The notes: generated by a model not told the origin, from the letters alone. DNA of 32,000 bases from Nostoc punctiforme PCC 73102 (GCF_000020025.1 NC_010628.1:6930001-6962000); one strand, 5' to 3'. Shown: positions 9,236-18,063, counted from the first letter of the stretch. A program made the numbers and translations.

Positions 9236-9238
9236 CAT

Positions 9239-9823
9239 TTATTTTTCTGTTTGTTCTACTAGGTCTTCTGGACGCGCACCTGCACGTGGTGCATCTGCGG
9301 GCAGTCCGTGGGGTTCGAGGACACCCTTGGGTAGATAAACTAGTTCGCGCAGTGGTGTAACCATTGGGTCATCTGTTACTTTATAGGGCAGACGACCTAG
9401 GGCTACGTTGTCATAATTCAATTCATGGCGATCGTAAGTGGCAAGCTCATACTCTTCTGTCATGGATAGACAGTTAGTGGGGCAAAATTCCACACAGTTA
9501 CCGCAAAAGATACAAACTCCAAAGTCGATGCTGTAGTGGTTGAGTTTTTTCTTTTTGCTGGCTTTGTCGTATTCCCAATCGACTACAGGTAGGTTAATTG
9601 GACAAACGCGAACGCAAACTTCGCAGGCGATGCACTTATCAAATTCAAAGTGAATCCTACCGCGAAACCGTTCGCCAGGAATCAGTTTCTCTTAAGGGTA
9701 CTGTACGGTAATCGGTCGCCGCCGCATGTGGTCGAATGTGACAGAAAGCCCCTGACCAATGTAACGTGCAGCTTGTACCGTTTCTTTGGCGTAATCACCA
9801 ACTTGTTTCAGGAACTTGAGCAT
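9239..9823 (-). pseudogene. ndhI: ndhI (NDH-1 subunit I, 2x[4Fe-4S] ferredoxin-type) interrupted by one in-frame TAA at codon 44
   Basis: The single frame reads [46 protein letters not shown](9692-9694)[31 protein letters not shown]...[12 protein letters not shown]...EQTEK. Both CxxCxxCxxxCP clusters lie downstream of the stop. There is no frameshift: 9239 and 9692 are in the same phase. Confidence 0.85.
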
Positions 9824-9866
9824 TTTTGGTTCACTCTCTCTTTTTAAGCTATCAGCGTTATTTATC

Positions 9867-9932
9867 CCTTGTCCTTTGTCCTTAGTCATTAGTCATTTGT
9901 ACAAATGACTAACAACAACTAATGACTAATGA
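9867..9932. repeat. STRR-derived palindromic element in the ndhA-ndhI spacer
   Basis: It contains a perfect 20-bp palindrome, agtcatttgtacaaatgact (9891-9910), flanked by tagtcat / atgacta units. The ndhA stop codon (9933-9935) abuts the last unit. Confidence 0.8.
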
Positions 9933-11051
9933 CTAACCACCAAAAGCAAAGGGAAAGGCTAGTTTCAGAGCGGCGGTTAATAGAAGATTAACCAAACCAA
10001 CTGGCAACAAAAACTTCCATCCTAAATCTAACAGTTGGTCAATCCGTACCCGTGGCACTGTCCAGCGCAACAGGATGGCGACAAACACTAGTAAATAGGC
10101 TTTGAAGACGGTCATCGTGATTCCCAAAGAAGCAGTTATTATCTGGAACACGGGATTTAATTCACTGACTCCCAGCCAACCAGCGATGAGGTTGAGGGGA
10201 ATAGGAAAGTCCCAACCGCCCAGGTAGAGAATTGCTACTAGTAAGGACGAAAGGATCAAGTTAACGTAGGAACCCAGGTAGAACAGACCGAATTTCATAC
10301 CTGAGTATTCAGTCTGATAACCTGCGACGATTTCTTCTTCCGCTTCAGGTAAGTCAAAGGGTAATCGTTCGCATTCAGCTAGAGCGGCTATCCAAAAGAT
10401 CAGAAAACCGATTGGTTGTCGCCAAATGTTCCAGCCCAGAATGCCGTAGCCAGATTGTTGATTGACAATATCAACGGTGCTGAGGCTGTTAGACATCATA
10501 GCGATCGCTAACACCGCCAGCGCCAAAGGAATTTCATAGCTAATAGATTGCGCTGCTGCCCGCAAGCCCCCTAAGAGGGAGTATTTGTTATTAGATGCGT
10601 AGCCAGCCATCAGCAAGCCAATGGGTTGAATGCTTGACAAGGCAATCCACAAGAATACGCCCATGCCCACATTGCTAATAACGATATTCTGCCCAAAGGG
10701 AACGATCAGGAACGACAGAAACACCGGAATTACAACAATAATTGGGCCGAGGGTAAACAGCCAGGGGTCAGACTTGGCTGGTACTATATCTTCTTTAAAT
10801 ACCAGCTTCAAACCATCAGCTACAGGTACCAGCAACCCAAAAGGCCCCTGGTATTCTGGCCCAATTCGCTGCTGTGCGGAGGCGGAAATTTTCCGTTCTA
10901 GCCAAGTAGCAACTAATACCCCCACTGTTGCCCCAATCAGCATCAGTATCATTGGCAGGGGCATCCAAATTGCTTTGGCTGTTCCTGCTGGTATACCTAA
11001 ATCCCGGAGGGATTCAATAAAAGTTCCTTGGAGGTCAATTCCTGAGTTCAT
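9933..11051 (-). CDS. ndhA: NAD(P)H-quinone oxidoreductase subunit 1 (NdhA / NuoH)
   Basis: 372-aa polytopic protein with conserved blocks [16 protein letters not shown] and [16 protein letters not shown]. It is the first gene of the ndhAIGE cluster. Confidence 0.95.
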   Translation of the reverse strand: MNSGIDLQGTFIESLRDLGIPAGTAKAIWMPLPMILMLIGATVGVLVATWLERKISASAQQRIGPEYQGPFGLLVPVADGLKLVFKEDIVPAKSDPWLFTLGPIIVVIPVFLSFLIVPFGQNIVISNVGMGVFLWIALSSIQPIGLLMAGYASNNKYSLLGGLRAAAQSISYEIPLALAVLAIAMMSNSLSTVDIVNQQSGYGILGWNIWRQPIGFLIFWIAALAECERLPFDLPEAEEEIVAGYQTEYSGMKFGLFYLGSYVNLILSSLLVAILYLGGWDFPIPLNLIAGWLGVSELNPVFQIITASLGITMTVFKAYLLVFVAILLRWTVPRVRIDQLLDLGWKFLLPVGLVNLLLTAALKLAFPFAFGG

Positions 11052-11263
11052 GTTTCCGCTCTTTAAGACATCGAGTCATGGTGAATTACAACTATTAGTT
11101 AAATTAATACCTGTAAATTCACCCATTTATAATTTTTGCCCAGATGATGCTTGATTGAAGATTTGTCGCTAATTCCCATGCCTAGTATATCCTTGGATGG
11201 TTTTAGCCCTCTGAAGCGATATGAGAACTTCTACTTATGGTTGGCATTGGGATTGGCTATTCA

Positions 11264-11384
11264 AGGGACAAGAGGGTTAGAGGGAAGGGGAGCAGGGAGC
11301 AGGGGGCAGAGGAGCAGGGGACAGAGGGGAAAAAGGTAATTTTTAATCCATGCCCAATGCCCAATGCCCAATGCCCCATGCCCA
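11264..11384. repeat. Purine-rich heptamer-like tract followed by five ATGCCCA units at the gltA 3' end
   Basis: ggagcagggagcagggggcagaggagcaggggacagagggg (about 11288-11330) and atgccca atgccca atgccca atgcccc atgccca (11350-11384). Confidence 0.75.
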
Positions 11385-11385
11385 A

Positions 11386-12522
11386 TTACCGTTGGTCAAT
11401 GGGAGTATAAGTAACTTCGTGCAAACCGTTGTAAACCTGGGTAGGACGGAAAATCCGGTTTTCTGCCAGTTGTTCTTTCCAGTGAGCTAGCCAACCAGCA
11501 ACGCGAGCGATCGCAAATATTGGTGTAAACAAGTCTGTAGGAATTCCCATCTTCCTATACACCAAACCTGAGTAAAAGTCAATATTAGGATAAATCCCTT
11601 TGCTGCCGAGTTTTTCTCCTACCACTCGTTCCATCTCTTGAGCAATGTCATAGAATTTGTCATAGCCAAACTTCTCAAACAGTTTCTCTGCTAGACCTTG
11701 TAAAATTATGGCTCGTGGGTCTTTTACTTTATACACACGATGTCCAAAGCCCATAATCTTAGATTTAGTTTCTAGACAATGCTCTATGTAAGGACGGACA
11801 TTTTCTACAGAGCCAATTTTTTCCAACATCTGAATTACTTCTTCATTGGCTCCACCATGCAGGGGTCCACCCAAAGTTCCCACAGCACTAGCAACCACAG
11901 CGTAAGGATCAGTTAAGGTAGAAGCTGTAACCCTGGCACTGAAGGTAGAAGCATTCATTGTATGCTCGACTTGAAGTATCAAGCAGATATCAAAAATCCG
12001 CGCCATTAAAGGATCGGGTTCTTTCTCATCGAGCATGTATAGAAAGTTGGACGAATAGTCTAAGTCATCACGGGGACGTACCGGGTCATTGCCTTTTCGC
12101 ATCAGTTGGAACGCCGCCACCATCGTCGGAATGGTTGCTATCAGGCGCACTACGGAATCTCGAATGTAGGCAGGATTATGTAAATCCCGGAGTGAATAAA
12201 ACAAACCTAAAGCAGCAGCAGAGGCTTGTAGGGCATCCATTGGGTGGCCGCTTTCTGGAAAGCATTTCATCATGTCCCGAATGCGGTATTTTATCCGCCG
12301 GTGGTAACGAACTTCATGCTCAAATCCTTCCAGTTCTTCCTTGCTTGGCAGTTCACCCCAGATTAAGAGATAAGCAGTTTCTAGGAATGTACTTTTTTCT
12401 GCTAATTCTTCAATCCGGATGCCACGATATTCTAGTATTCCTTTTTGCCCATCAACATAGCTGATACTTGATTGAGCGGCGGGAATGCCTTCTAAACCAG
12501 GCTTGTATTCGCACACCATCAT
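11386..12522 (-). CDS. gltA: Citrate synthase
   Basis: 378 aa with the motifs GPLHGGANE and GFGHRVYKVKDPR, and an overall type-II citrate synthase layout. Confidence 0.95.
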   Translation of the reverse strand: MMVCEYKPGLEGIPAAQSSISYVDGQKGILEYRGIRIEELAEKSTFLETAYLLIWGELPSKEELEGFEHEVRYHRRIKYRIRDMMKCFPESGHPMDALQASAAALGLFYSLRDLHNPAYIRDSVVRLIATIPTMVAAFQLMRKGNDPVRPRDDLDYSSNFLYMLDEKEPDPLMARIFDICLILQVEHTMNASTFSARVTASTLTDPYAVVASAVGTLGGPLHGGANEEVIQMLEKIGSVENVRPYIEHCLETKSKIMGFGHRVYKVKDPRAIILQGLAEKLFEKFGYDKFYDIAQEMERVVGEKLGSKGIYPNIDFYSGLVYRKMGIPTDLFTPIFAIARVAGWLAHWKEQLAENRIFRPTQVYNGLHEVTYTPIDQR

Positions 12523-12630
12523 GGCACCACCATTTGCTTTTTGAAATATCTGATCAAGCTAACTTACCAGAAATTTATTGTCGCCATAACAGTAGCCGTT
12601 CTAACAACAATCAAAAATGTTGAAAAACTG

Positions 12631-13125
12631 TTACAGCAGGTACTTGGGTTGTGTCAACCAAAACATCTGACTCCGACCCAGAGGAGAACCTGTTTCTGGT
12701 AGTTTTATCCCAATCATACCTGCTTTTTTCAAGACTAAGTTTTCTTTGACTTCTCCCCACAGGAAAATTTCTGCCCAATTAGTCAAATCAGGTTCGTGTC
12801 CAACCAGCGCCAGTTGGGTATTTTGGGAATAATTTCTCGGTTCTAACCAGTCTTTGAGCCAATTAGAAATTTGACCATCGTGGGCGAGGTGGCTAGATTC
12901 CTCTAATTGAGAGCTTAGTTTTTCTGCTATAAGAATATCAGCCGTTTGGCGGGCGCGCACTAAGGGGCTGGTAAGAATCAAGTCAAAGCTTAAACCCAAT
13001 TTAACAAGTTTCTGGGCAACTTTCTCAGTTTTTTGCCTTCCTTCTTTGGTAAGGCTGCGTTCTTCATCCTTGATGCCTAATCCCTTGTCTTCGGCGATGC
13101 CATGACGAATTAAGTATAGTTCCAT
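12631..13125 (-). CDS. sixA: Phosphohistidine phosphatase SixA (histidine phosphatase superfamily)
   Basis: 164 aa with the N-terminal LYLIRHG (RHG) motif, SPLVRARQTA and LVGHEPDL. Confidence 0.85.
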   Translation of the reverse strand: MELYLIRHGIAEDKGLGIKDEERSLTKEGRQKTEKVAQKLVKLGLSFDLILTSPLVRARQTADILIAEKLSSQLEESSHLAHDGQISNWLKDWLEPRNYSQNTQLALVGHEPDLTNWAEIFLWGEVKENLVLKKAGMIGIKLPETGSPLGRSQMFWLTQPKYLL

Positions 13126-13260
13126 ACTTTGAATTTTGTTAGCGTAACGGGTCGTAACCCGTACTTAGTTAGGAGTTACGTTTGATGTTAATGAATCCAT
13201 CCTAACTTTAATCATGATTACGTATTCGTTGATCTGCCATTTGTCCGGTGTAATGAGGGG

Positions 13261-13359
13261 TTAGGTCGCTTTCAGATTTTGCAAACACTTTACTGCTTCG
13301 AGAACACCGCGACCTGTATCAATTAAAATATCAGTATCAACGATGGTTAAGTTAGTCAT
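13261..13359 (-). pseudogene. 32-codon stub resembling the N-terminus of a PIN-domain (VapC-like) toxin
   Basis: The reverse complement reads ATG ACT AAC TTA ACC ATC GTT GAT ACT GAT ATT TTA ATT GAT ... = MTNLTIVDTDILIDTGRGVLEAVKCLQNLKAT*. The hydrophobic-D-T/S-x-hydrophobic-hydrophobic-hydrophobic-D pattern is the first acidic motif of PIN domains. The other catalytic motifs are absent from every downstream frame I read. Confidence 0.4.
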
Positions 13360-13464
13360 GTGACTTTAAAATAGTGGTTTAGCGGTCTAACGCTACAATT
13401 CAGCAGAGGTAGCTTCGCTAACTCCACTAAAGCTTTCCTCCGTCTATATGTATCGAAAATAAAT

Positions 13465-14736
13465 TTATTCTATTAATTTAATTGCAGTTGTGTTAAATGC
13501 TCCATAAGGATTTGGTACTTCATAAATTTCGATTTTACCTTTATCTTCCAAAAGGTTAATTAGGGCATAAGATGAATTAAAGGAATATCCTTTACGCCCC
13601 AAATAATCTCTAACAAAAGACTTCAAACCTACAAAATTGGGAAAATCTGGTGATTTTGAACATTCTCCAAGTTGAAAAATTAAATCTTCTTCGCTCAGAA
13701 TTAAGTATGGTTGAACACTACCTTCAGTATTTGTTACTTGTAGACAGCTATCTTCTATTTCTTCATTAATTCTTCCTTCCTGCTGTTCTAGTTGCTTCTG
13801 TTCTTTCTCGATTTCAAATAAATCATCAATTGCTTTTATCACAGCTTCTTTATCTGCAATACTCAAAGTTAATGCATCAATACTACTATCTGCATTATTA
13901 ATTATTTGCTTTAGTTTGTCATATAGCTCATTTGCTAAATTTAAATCTTTCTGAATAAAATAATTATTATGAGCAACTTTATTTCTAATAAAAGTCAATT
14001 GTTCCCATTTTTTTTGAAAATCATTTTGTTCAAATGTATCTTTGAAATATTTGGCGTAGTTACCTTCTAAAAGTTCTTGTTTTAAACTTTCTAAGTCTGT
14101 TGCTGCTTTAACTTTACTGAGTACATCTTCTATTTTTGTAAAGATTGAAGATTGACTGTAAATAATTTTTCCTAACTGGTCAAAGTTCAATAATGCAACA
14201 TTTGCAACTACCACTTTTGTAAAAACTACTTCATTCTTCTTTTTACTATCTGCCTTATCTCTATTTTCTTTAGAAACTGCAACTGACCACCAGTCAGTCC
14301 CAATCTTTGTGATAAAAAACTTTACAATATATTTTCTTAATAAGCTTTCAATACTATTTATTAAAGGATATATACGAAGTGCAATATCATTAGAAACATG
14401 ATCTATTAATATTTGTCTGTGGTCAAATCCCAAATCTCTTAGCTGATCAATAAGTTTTATTCTGAAAGGCTCAATATCGTCAAATTCGCCTTCAGCAATA
14501 ATGTAGTAAGCAGAGGAAAACCGACCTCCAGTAACCATTTTACTCGTATCAAAAGGCTGAACAGATACTTTTATTTTTTGACTATTATCATTAATTTCAA
14601 GATAATTATCTGAAATCAATGGTTCACTATGCCATAAGCTTTCAATAGTCGATAAATTTATAATAAAATTTTTAGGTTTTTTAAACTTGACCTTTTCTTG
14701 TTGGTCAATACAGAGTAATTCAAATTTGAGTGGCAT
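13465..14736 (-). CDS. Large stand-alone HEPN-motif protein: unknown N-terminal domain, Swt1/Abi-like HEPN region, coiled coil, small C-terminal globular domain
   Basis: The ORF-track frame is 13465..14772 (TTG). I start it at the first ATG, 14736 (MPLKFELL...). The Rx4H motif RNKVAH is encoded at 13969-13986. It is preceded by IESLLRKYIVKFFITKIGTDWW, which matches my memory of Swt1-like HEPN domains. Hand counts of 60-nt rows give about 20-30% GC, against about 45% in gltA. I saw no HIP1 site. Confidence 0.78.
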   Translation of the reverse strand: MPLKFELLCIDQQEKVKFKKPKNFIINLSTIESLWHSEPLISDNYLEINDNSQKIKVSVQPFDTSKMVTGGRFSSAYYIIAEGEFDDIEPFRIKLIDQLRDLGFDHRQILIDHVSNDIALRIYPLINSIESLLRKYIVKFFITKIGTDWWSVAVSKENRDKADSKKKNEVVFTKVVVANVALLNFDQLGKIIYSQSSIFTKIEDVLSKVKAATDLESLKQELLEGNYAKYFKDTFEQNDFQKKWEQLTFIRNKVAHNNYFIQKDLNLANELYDKLKQIINNADSSIDALTLSIADKEAVIKAIDDLFEIEKEQKQLEQQEGRINEEIEDSCLQVTNTEGSVQPYLILSEEDLIFQLGECSKSPDFPNFVGLKSFVRDYLGRKGYSFNSSYALINLLEDKGKIEIYEVPNPYGAFNTTAIKLIE

Positions 14737-14890
14737 ATTTATACCTATTTTAGGAAGGCTACTTCTACACAAATTAGATTACCCACTTATTGAACCTAGT
14801 TTCAAGGTATATTTACTTAATTTATGACATACTTAAAGTTTTTCATTTTGTATAAGATACAAAAGTTCCTGTATATTTATCCCATTACGG

Positions 14891-15361
14891 TTATTTCTCA
14901 GCGTTAGGATAAAAGTCTAAGTCTAAAATCTCATCAATAGAAAATGGACAGACGATCGCAAAGTTCTCCTCTGATAAACCAGTTTCCACCATTGCCTCTC
15001 GCCGCGCTCTTTGATAAGTAGTATTAATCCACTCGGCATCATTTAAAAAACGTCGCAAGCTAGGACTTTCTTGCAGCAATTCATCCAAATTCAGTCGCTC
15101 ACGGGTAATGGTGACTTGCCAACTGTGGCTACGACGTTCTGGTTGATACTTCCACTTCAACAAATGCGATAAGACTAACCGTAATGCACTTTGCAACGCT
15201 CGCTGTTGGCTCTTACCCAAGTCCACCACTTCCTCAATTAAGTGTTCTAAATCCAGTGTGTCCCACTGATGCGATCGCAAAAGCTGTGCTGTCTGCTCTA
15301 CCCACGCACAAAAATCTTGCTCATATAGAGTTTGTAACATTTTCAATTCTATAGAGTTCAT
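14891..15361 (-). CDS. DUF29 family protein
   Basis: 156 aa. LYEQDFCAWVEQTAQLLRSHQWDTLDLEHLIEEVVDLGKSQQRAL...LLKWKYQPERRSHSW is the stereotyped DUF29 sequence that is abundant in cyanobacteria. Confidence 0.85.
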   Translation of the reverse strand: MNSIELKMLQTLYEQDFCAWVEQTAQLLRSHQWDTLDLEHLIEEVVDLGKSQQRALQSALRLVLSHLLKWKYQPERRSHSWQVTITRERLNLDELLQESPSLRRFLNDAEWINTTYQRARREAMVETGLSEENFAIVCPFSIDEILDLDFYPNAEK

Positions 15362-15476
15362 GGCGCTCCTTCTTCACAAATAAAATAGCTAGGTGCGATT
15401 TAATTTTATTTCTGCCTACCTACTTAACATTAGTCACAAACTACATCCTCAATCAGTTCAGCCTTTGTAAAAAGAC

Positions 15477-15513
15477 CAAAATTCCCAACTTTTGAGAAAA
15501 GTCGGGAATTTTG
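15477..15513 (-). terminator. Rho-independent terminator candidate after the DHH phosphoesterase gene
   Basis: 17-bp stem caaaattcccaactttt / aaaagtcgggaattttg with one mismatch and a 3-nt loop. On the minus strand it is followed by gtcttttta. Confidence 0.6.
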
Positions 15514-15602
15514 TTTATGAGGAATGACTTAGGGATGTTATATGACCAAACACTTTGACTGCTGCACGAGTTAGGAGTTCGCCCCATCTCCTTTATCTCC
15601 CT

Positions 15603-16889
15603 CTATTCTGATTGAATCGGATTATCTCTGGGATTAACTAACCTCAGCAGTTTTTGCTTAATTTGAGCGTCAAATACTTCCCACTTCATTTTCGCATAAG
15701 CGGAATTTTCGTTGCTGCCAGATAAGAAGCCCATCGGAATTTCAAAGCCGCCTGCGCTTGTCCTTCCACCGCCGAAAAACCGCCCGGCGCTATCTTGCCC
15801 AAAGGCTTCTTTGATGAATTCATCGGGGTCAAGGGTAAGTTTGGTGGTTCTCAGGGAACCAATGACTATTTCCAGTTCATCGTCTTCATCGTGAACAATG
15901 CCGTAAACTACGGCGGTGTGAACGTTTTCTTCGGTGACGAGAAAATCAGCCGCTTGGGGGATGGCATCACGGTCGTCGTAGCGTAAATAACCAACACCAG
16001 CAATGGAAAAGTTATTTTGGACGATGCGATTTTTTAGCGATCGCTCGATCACATCCATTACCCGCTTGGAACGGTTCGCCTGTAAAATGGCGTTTAGCAA
16101 TTGGGCATCATAAAATCGGCTTAAATACGCAGCTGCCATAAAGTCTTCTTCTTGCGCTTGCATTAACCGATTTGTATCCGATCGCAAGCCGTGCATCAAG
16201 GCAGTGGCACATTTAACGTGTTGATTTATGCTGCTATCTAATGCTAGTAATCCCGTTTGGAGATATTGAGTAAAAATTGTTGCCGTCGCTCTTACATAAG
16301 GGCGGATATCCTCAAACTCTGATTGCAGATCGCCTTGGATACTATGATGGTCAACGAGTACCACTAGGGGAATTCCAGCTTGCTGCACTGCTGACAGTAG
16401 CTGTGAAGTAGTTCCCTGGTTATCAATTAATACAAAACCTTGATAAGATGACAAATCTTTAGTTTTCAAGGTTTGTGTTGTCCAGCGTTGGATAGGTAAG
16501 TTAGTCAGCCTTACCAAAGCTATATTTTCTTGATGGCTCAATGCGCCAGCATAAATGATTTCGCATTTGATATCATATTGCTGGGCAATTAACTGATAAG
16601 CCCATGCACAAGAAAGGGCATCAGGGTCAGGAAAATCTTGTAAAATTACCAGTTGGCGATCGTGTCGATGTGCCAAAAGGGTTTTTTGCAGTTCTTCGGA
16701 CTTTTGTTGTGCCAGAGAATTACCACGGTGACTAAGAAATATAGCTCCGTCACCTACCGATGGCGGTAATGATGGACTTTTAAATGCAACTTCCACTGGC
16801 GCTTTCTCGATTTCAGGTTCCTCTGGGTTTGGCTCTGCTGTGGTCAATGACAAACTCTCAAACTGAGTAACGGGAGAATTCAAGTACAT
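15603..16889 (-). CDS. DHH-family phosphoesterase (NrnA-like, DHH plus DHHA1-like domains)
   Basis: 428 aa with DFPDPDALS, the DHH motif in VLVDHHS, and the C-terminal glycine motif GGGRTSAGG. Confidence 0.85.
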   Translation of the reverse strand: MYLNSPVTQFESLSLTTAEPNPEEPEIEKAPVEVAFKSPSLPPSVGDGAIFLSHRGNSLAQQKSEELQKTLLAHRHDRQLVILQDFPDPDALSCAWAYQLIAQQYDIKCEIIYAGALSHQENIALVRLTNLPIQRWTTQTLKTKDLSSYQGFVLIDNQGTTSQLLSAVQQAGIPLVVLVDHHSIQGDLQSEFEDIRPYVRATATIFTQYLQTGLLALDSSINQHVKCATALMHGLRSDTNRLMQAQEEDFMAAAYLSRFYDAQLLNAILQANRSKRVMDVIERSLKNRIVQNNFSIAGVGYLRYDDRDAIPQAADFLVTEENVHTAVVYGIVHDEDDELEIVIGSLRTTKLTLDPDEFIKEAFGQDSAGRFFGGGRTSAGGFEIPMGFLSGSNENSAYAKMKWEVFDAQIKQKLLRLVNPRDNPIQSE

Positions 16890-17565
16890 AGGGAACTTTT
16901 TTAAAGTGTGAGGCTCCTTTAATTCAGAAATACTAAGATCAGCAATTTACTGAATTTAGCCACATTATTTTGATCTTCGCAAAAATATCAAGACATTGCA
17001 CTATACATCTAAGTATATTTTTTGTCAGTAACAGCGCTTGACATCAATTAAATTCCACTAAAGGGTATATGAGTGCTGAAAACAAGCAAGTTTTCTATAT
17101 CGGGCTGTATCTGGCAGCATAAAGCAGCATAAACCTGTTTGAGGAGCTTTTTTCTCTTCCTTAAATTGAATTATCAGGATTTTTATCTGAATTTTTTATC
17201 TGACTTAGGGTATACTTTCTATCTTATACTTTAGGGTTAGTCCTTGCTCTTTCAAATATTCTTATGCTCAATAATCTCATTATTATGACTATTGAGCAAT
17301 TAACAATTACTTTTAATTAACAACGCCTGTTTGTATCCCCTTTGAAAAGTCTCAGAATTCAGAGAGGATGGCTAGCAAAAGAGAAACCACATACACAAGT
17401 GTAGAGGCTTAAGCGTTGACCATTGCGCCGATCTACGAGACGCGATCGCCTTTGTTGCCAGCCATATAGCCGCCAATTTTTCAACACTCCATTACTAAAG
17501 CTGTTCGATTGAACCTAAAGCAATAAGGTATTTCTTTTTTATCCTCTGCTCCTCTGCGTTTTTGC

Positions 17566-18063
17566 TCAAAGACCTATAACATACTTTTGCCACTCTGTAT
17601 GCAGTCCACTCTTAAGATGTTTGCTGACCTCGAAATAGAGACTGCTATAAGGTTGGCGGGGAGGATGGCGTAAAGGCATGTGAGCTTCATGGGGAGTCCG
17701 ACTGCCTTTTTTCACATTGCACCGGACACAAGCTGTCACAATGTTCTCCCAGGTATCGCCCCCGCCGCGCGATCGCGGTATTACATGGTCTAGAGTCAAC
17801 TCATCTCCTGTGTAACCACAGTATTGACAGGCATGACTATCACGGTGCAATATATTTCGGCGAGTTAGAGGAATTTCTTTATAAGGAACACGCACGTAAT
17901 GACGTAACCGGATTACGGTCGGCAACGGAAAATCCGAGTACAAAAATTTACCGTTGTGTTCTACGCGTTCTGCTTTGCCCTTGATTAACAGAACCACAGC
18001 ACGCCGCCAACTCGTTATATTGAGAGGTTCGTAAGATGCGTTTAAGACTAAAACCTTCCCCAT
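17566..18063 (-). CDS. HNH endonuclease family protein
   Basis: 165 aa with CQYCG...LTLDHVIPRSRGG...WENIVTACVRCNVKKG, a zinc-ribbon plus HNH motif. Confidence 0.9.
   Translation of the reverse strand: MGKVLVLNASYEPLNITSWRRAVVLLIKGKAERVEHNGKFLYSDFPLPTVIRLRHYVRVPYKEIPLTRRNILHRDSHACQYCGYTGDELTLDHVIPRSRGGGDTWENIVTACVRCNVKKGSRTPHEAHMPLRHPPRQPYSSLYFEVSKHLKSGLHTEWQKYVIGL

Noticed and set aside
10630-11154. Long plus-strand ORF (174 aa). Similar antisense ORFs occur at 11958-12464, 20715-21143, 29128-29580, 27694-27996, 28099-28347, 24377-24604, 25253-25447, 25624-25922, 26330-26512, 15712-15986, 7821-8018, 3324-3551, 8373-8609, 9650-9847 and 31764-31958.
   Set aside because: Each lies entirely antisense to, or out of frame within, a gene with clear family motifs (ndhA, gltA, HAD, CheA, MCP, DHH, nadK, ndhI, GUN4 and others). 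Their translations are low-complexity or motif-free, so I treat them as shadow ORFs.
11151-11339. 62-aa ORF ending GRGAGSRGQRSRGQRGKR. Similar ORFs occur at 1584-1809 and at 19464-19837.
   Set aside because: These are translations of the G-rich/C-rich STRR-like repeat tracts. They have no RBS and no plausible fold, and the same DNA recurs as non-coding repeats elsewhere in the window.
14737-14772. TTG start at 14772 for the HEPN-motif protein.
   Set aside because: The first ATG (14736) gives MPLKFELL.... The 12 extra codons (MCRSSLPKIGIN) come from an alternative start with no obvious RBS. Either start is possible and the choice does not affect the interpretation.
17038-17216. Promoter-like hexamers (TTGACA at 17038, TATACT at 17211), a 17-codon ORF (17069-17122), and short direct repeats in the 676-bp gap between the DHH and HNH genes.
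   Set aside because: The hexamers are not paired at functional spacing. The mini-ORF has no clear RBS or conservation evidence. The repeats are short and AT-rich, so chance cannot be excluded.
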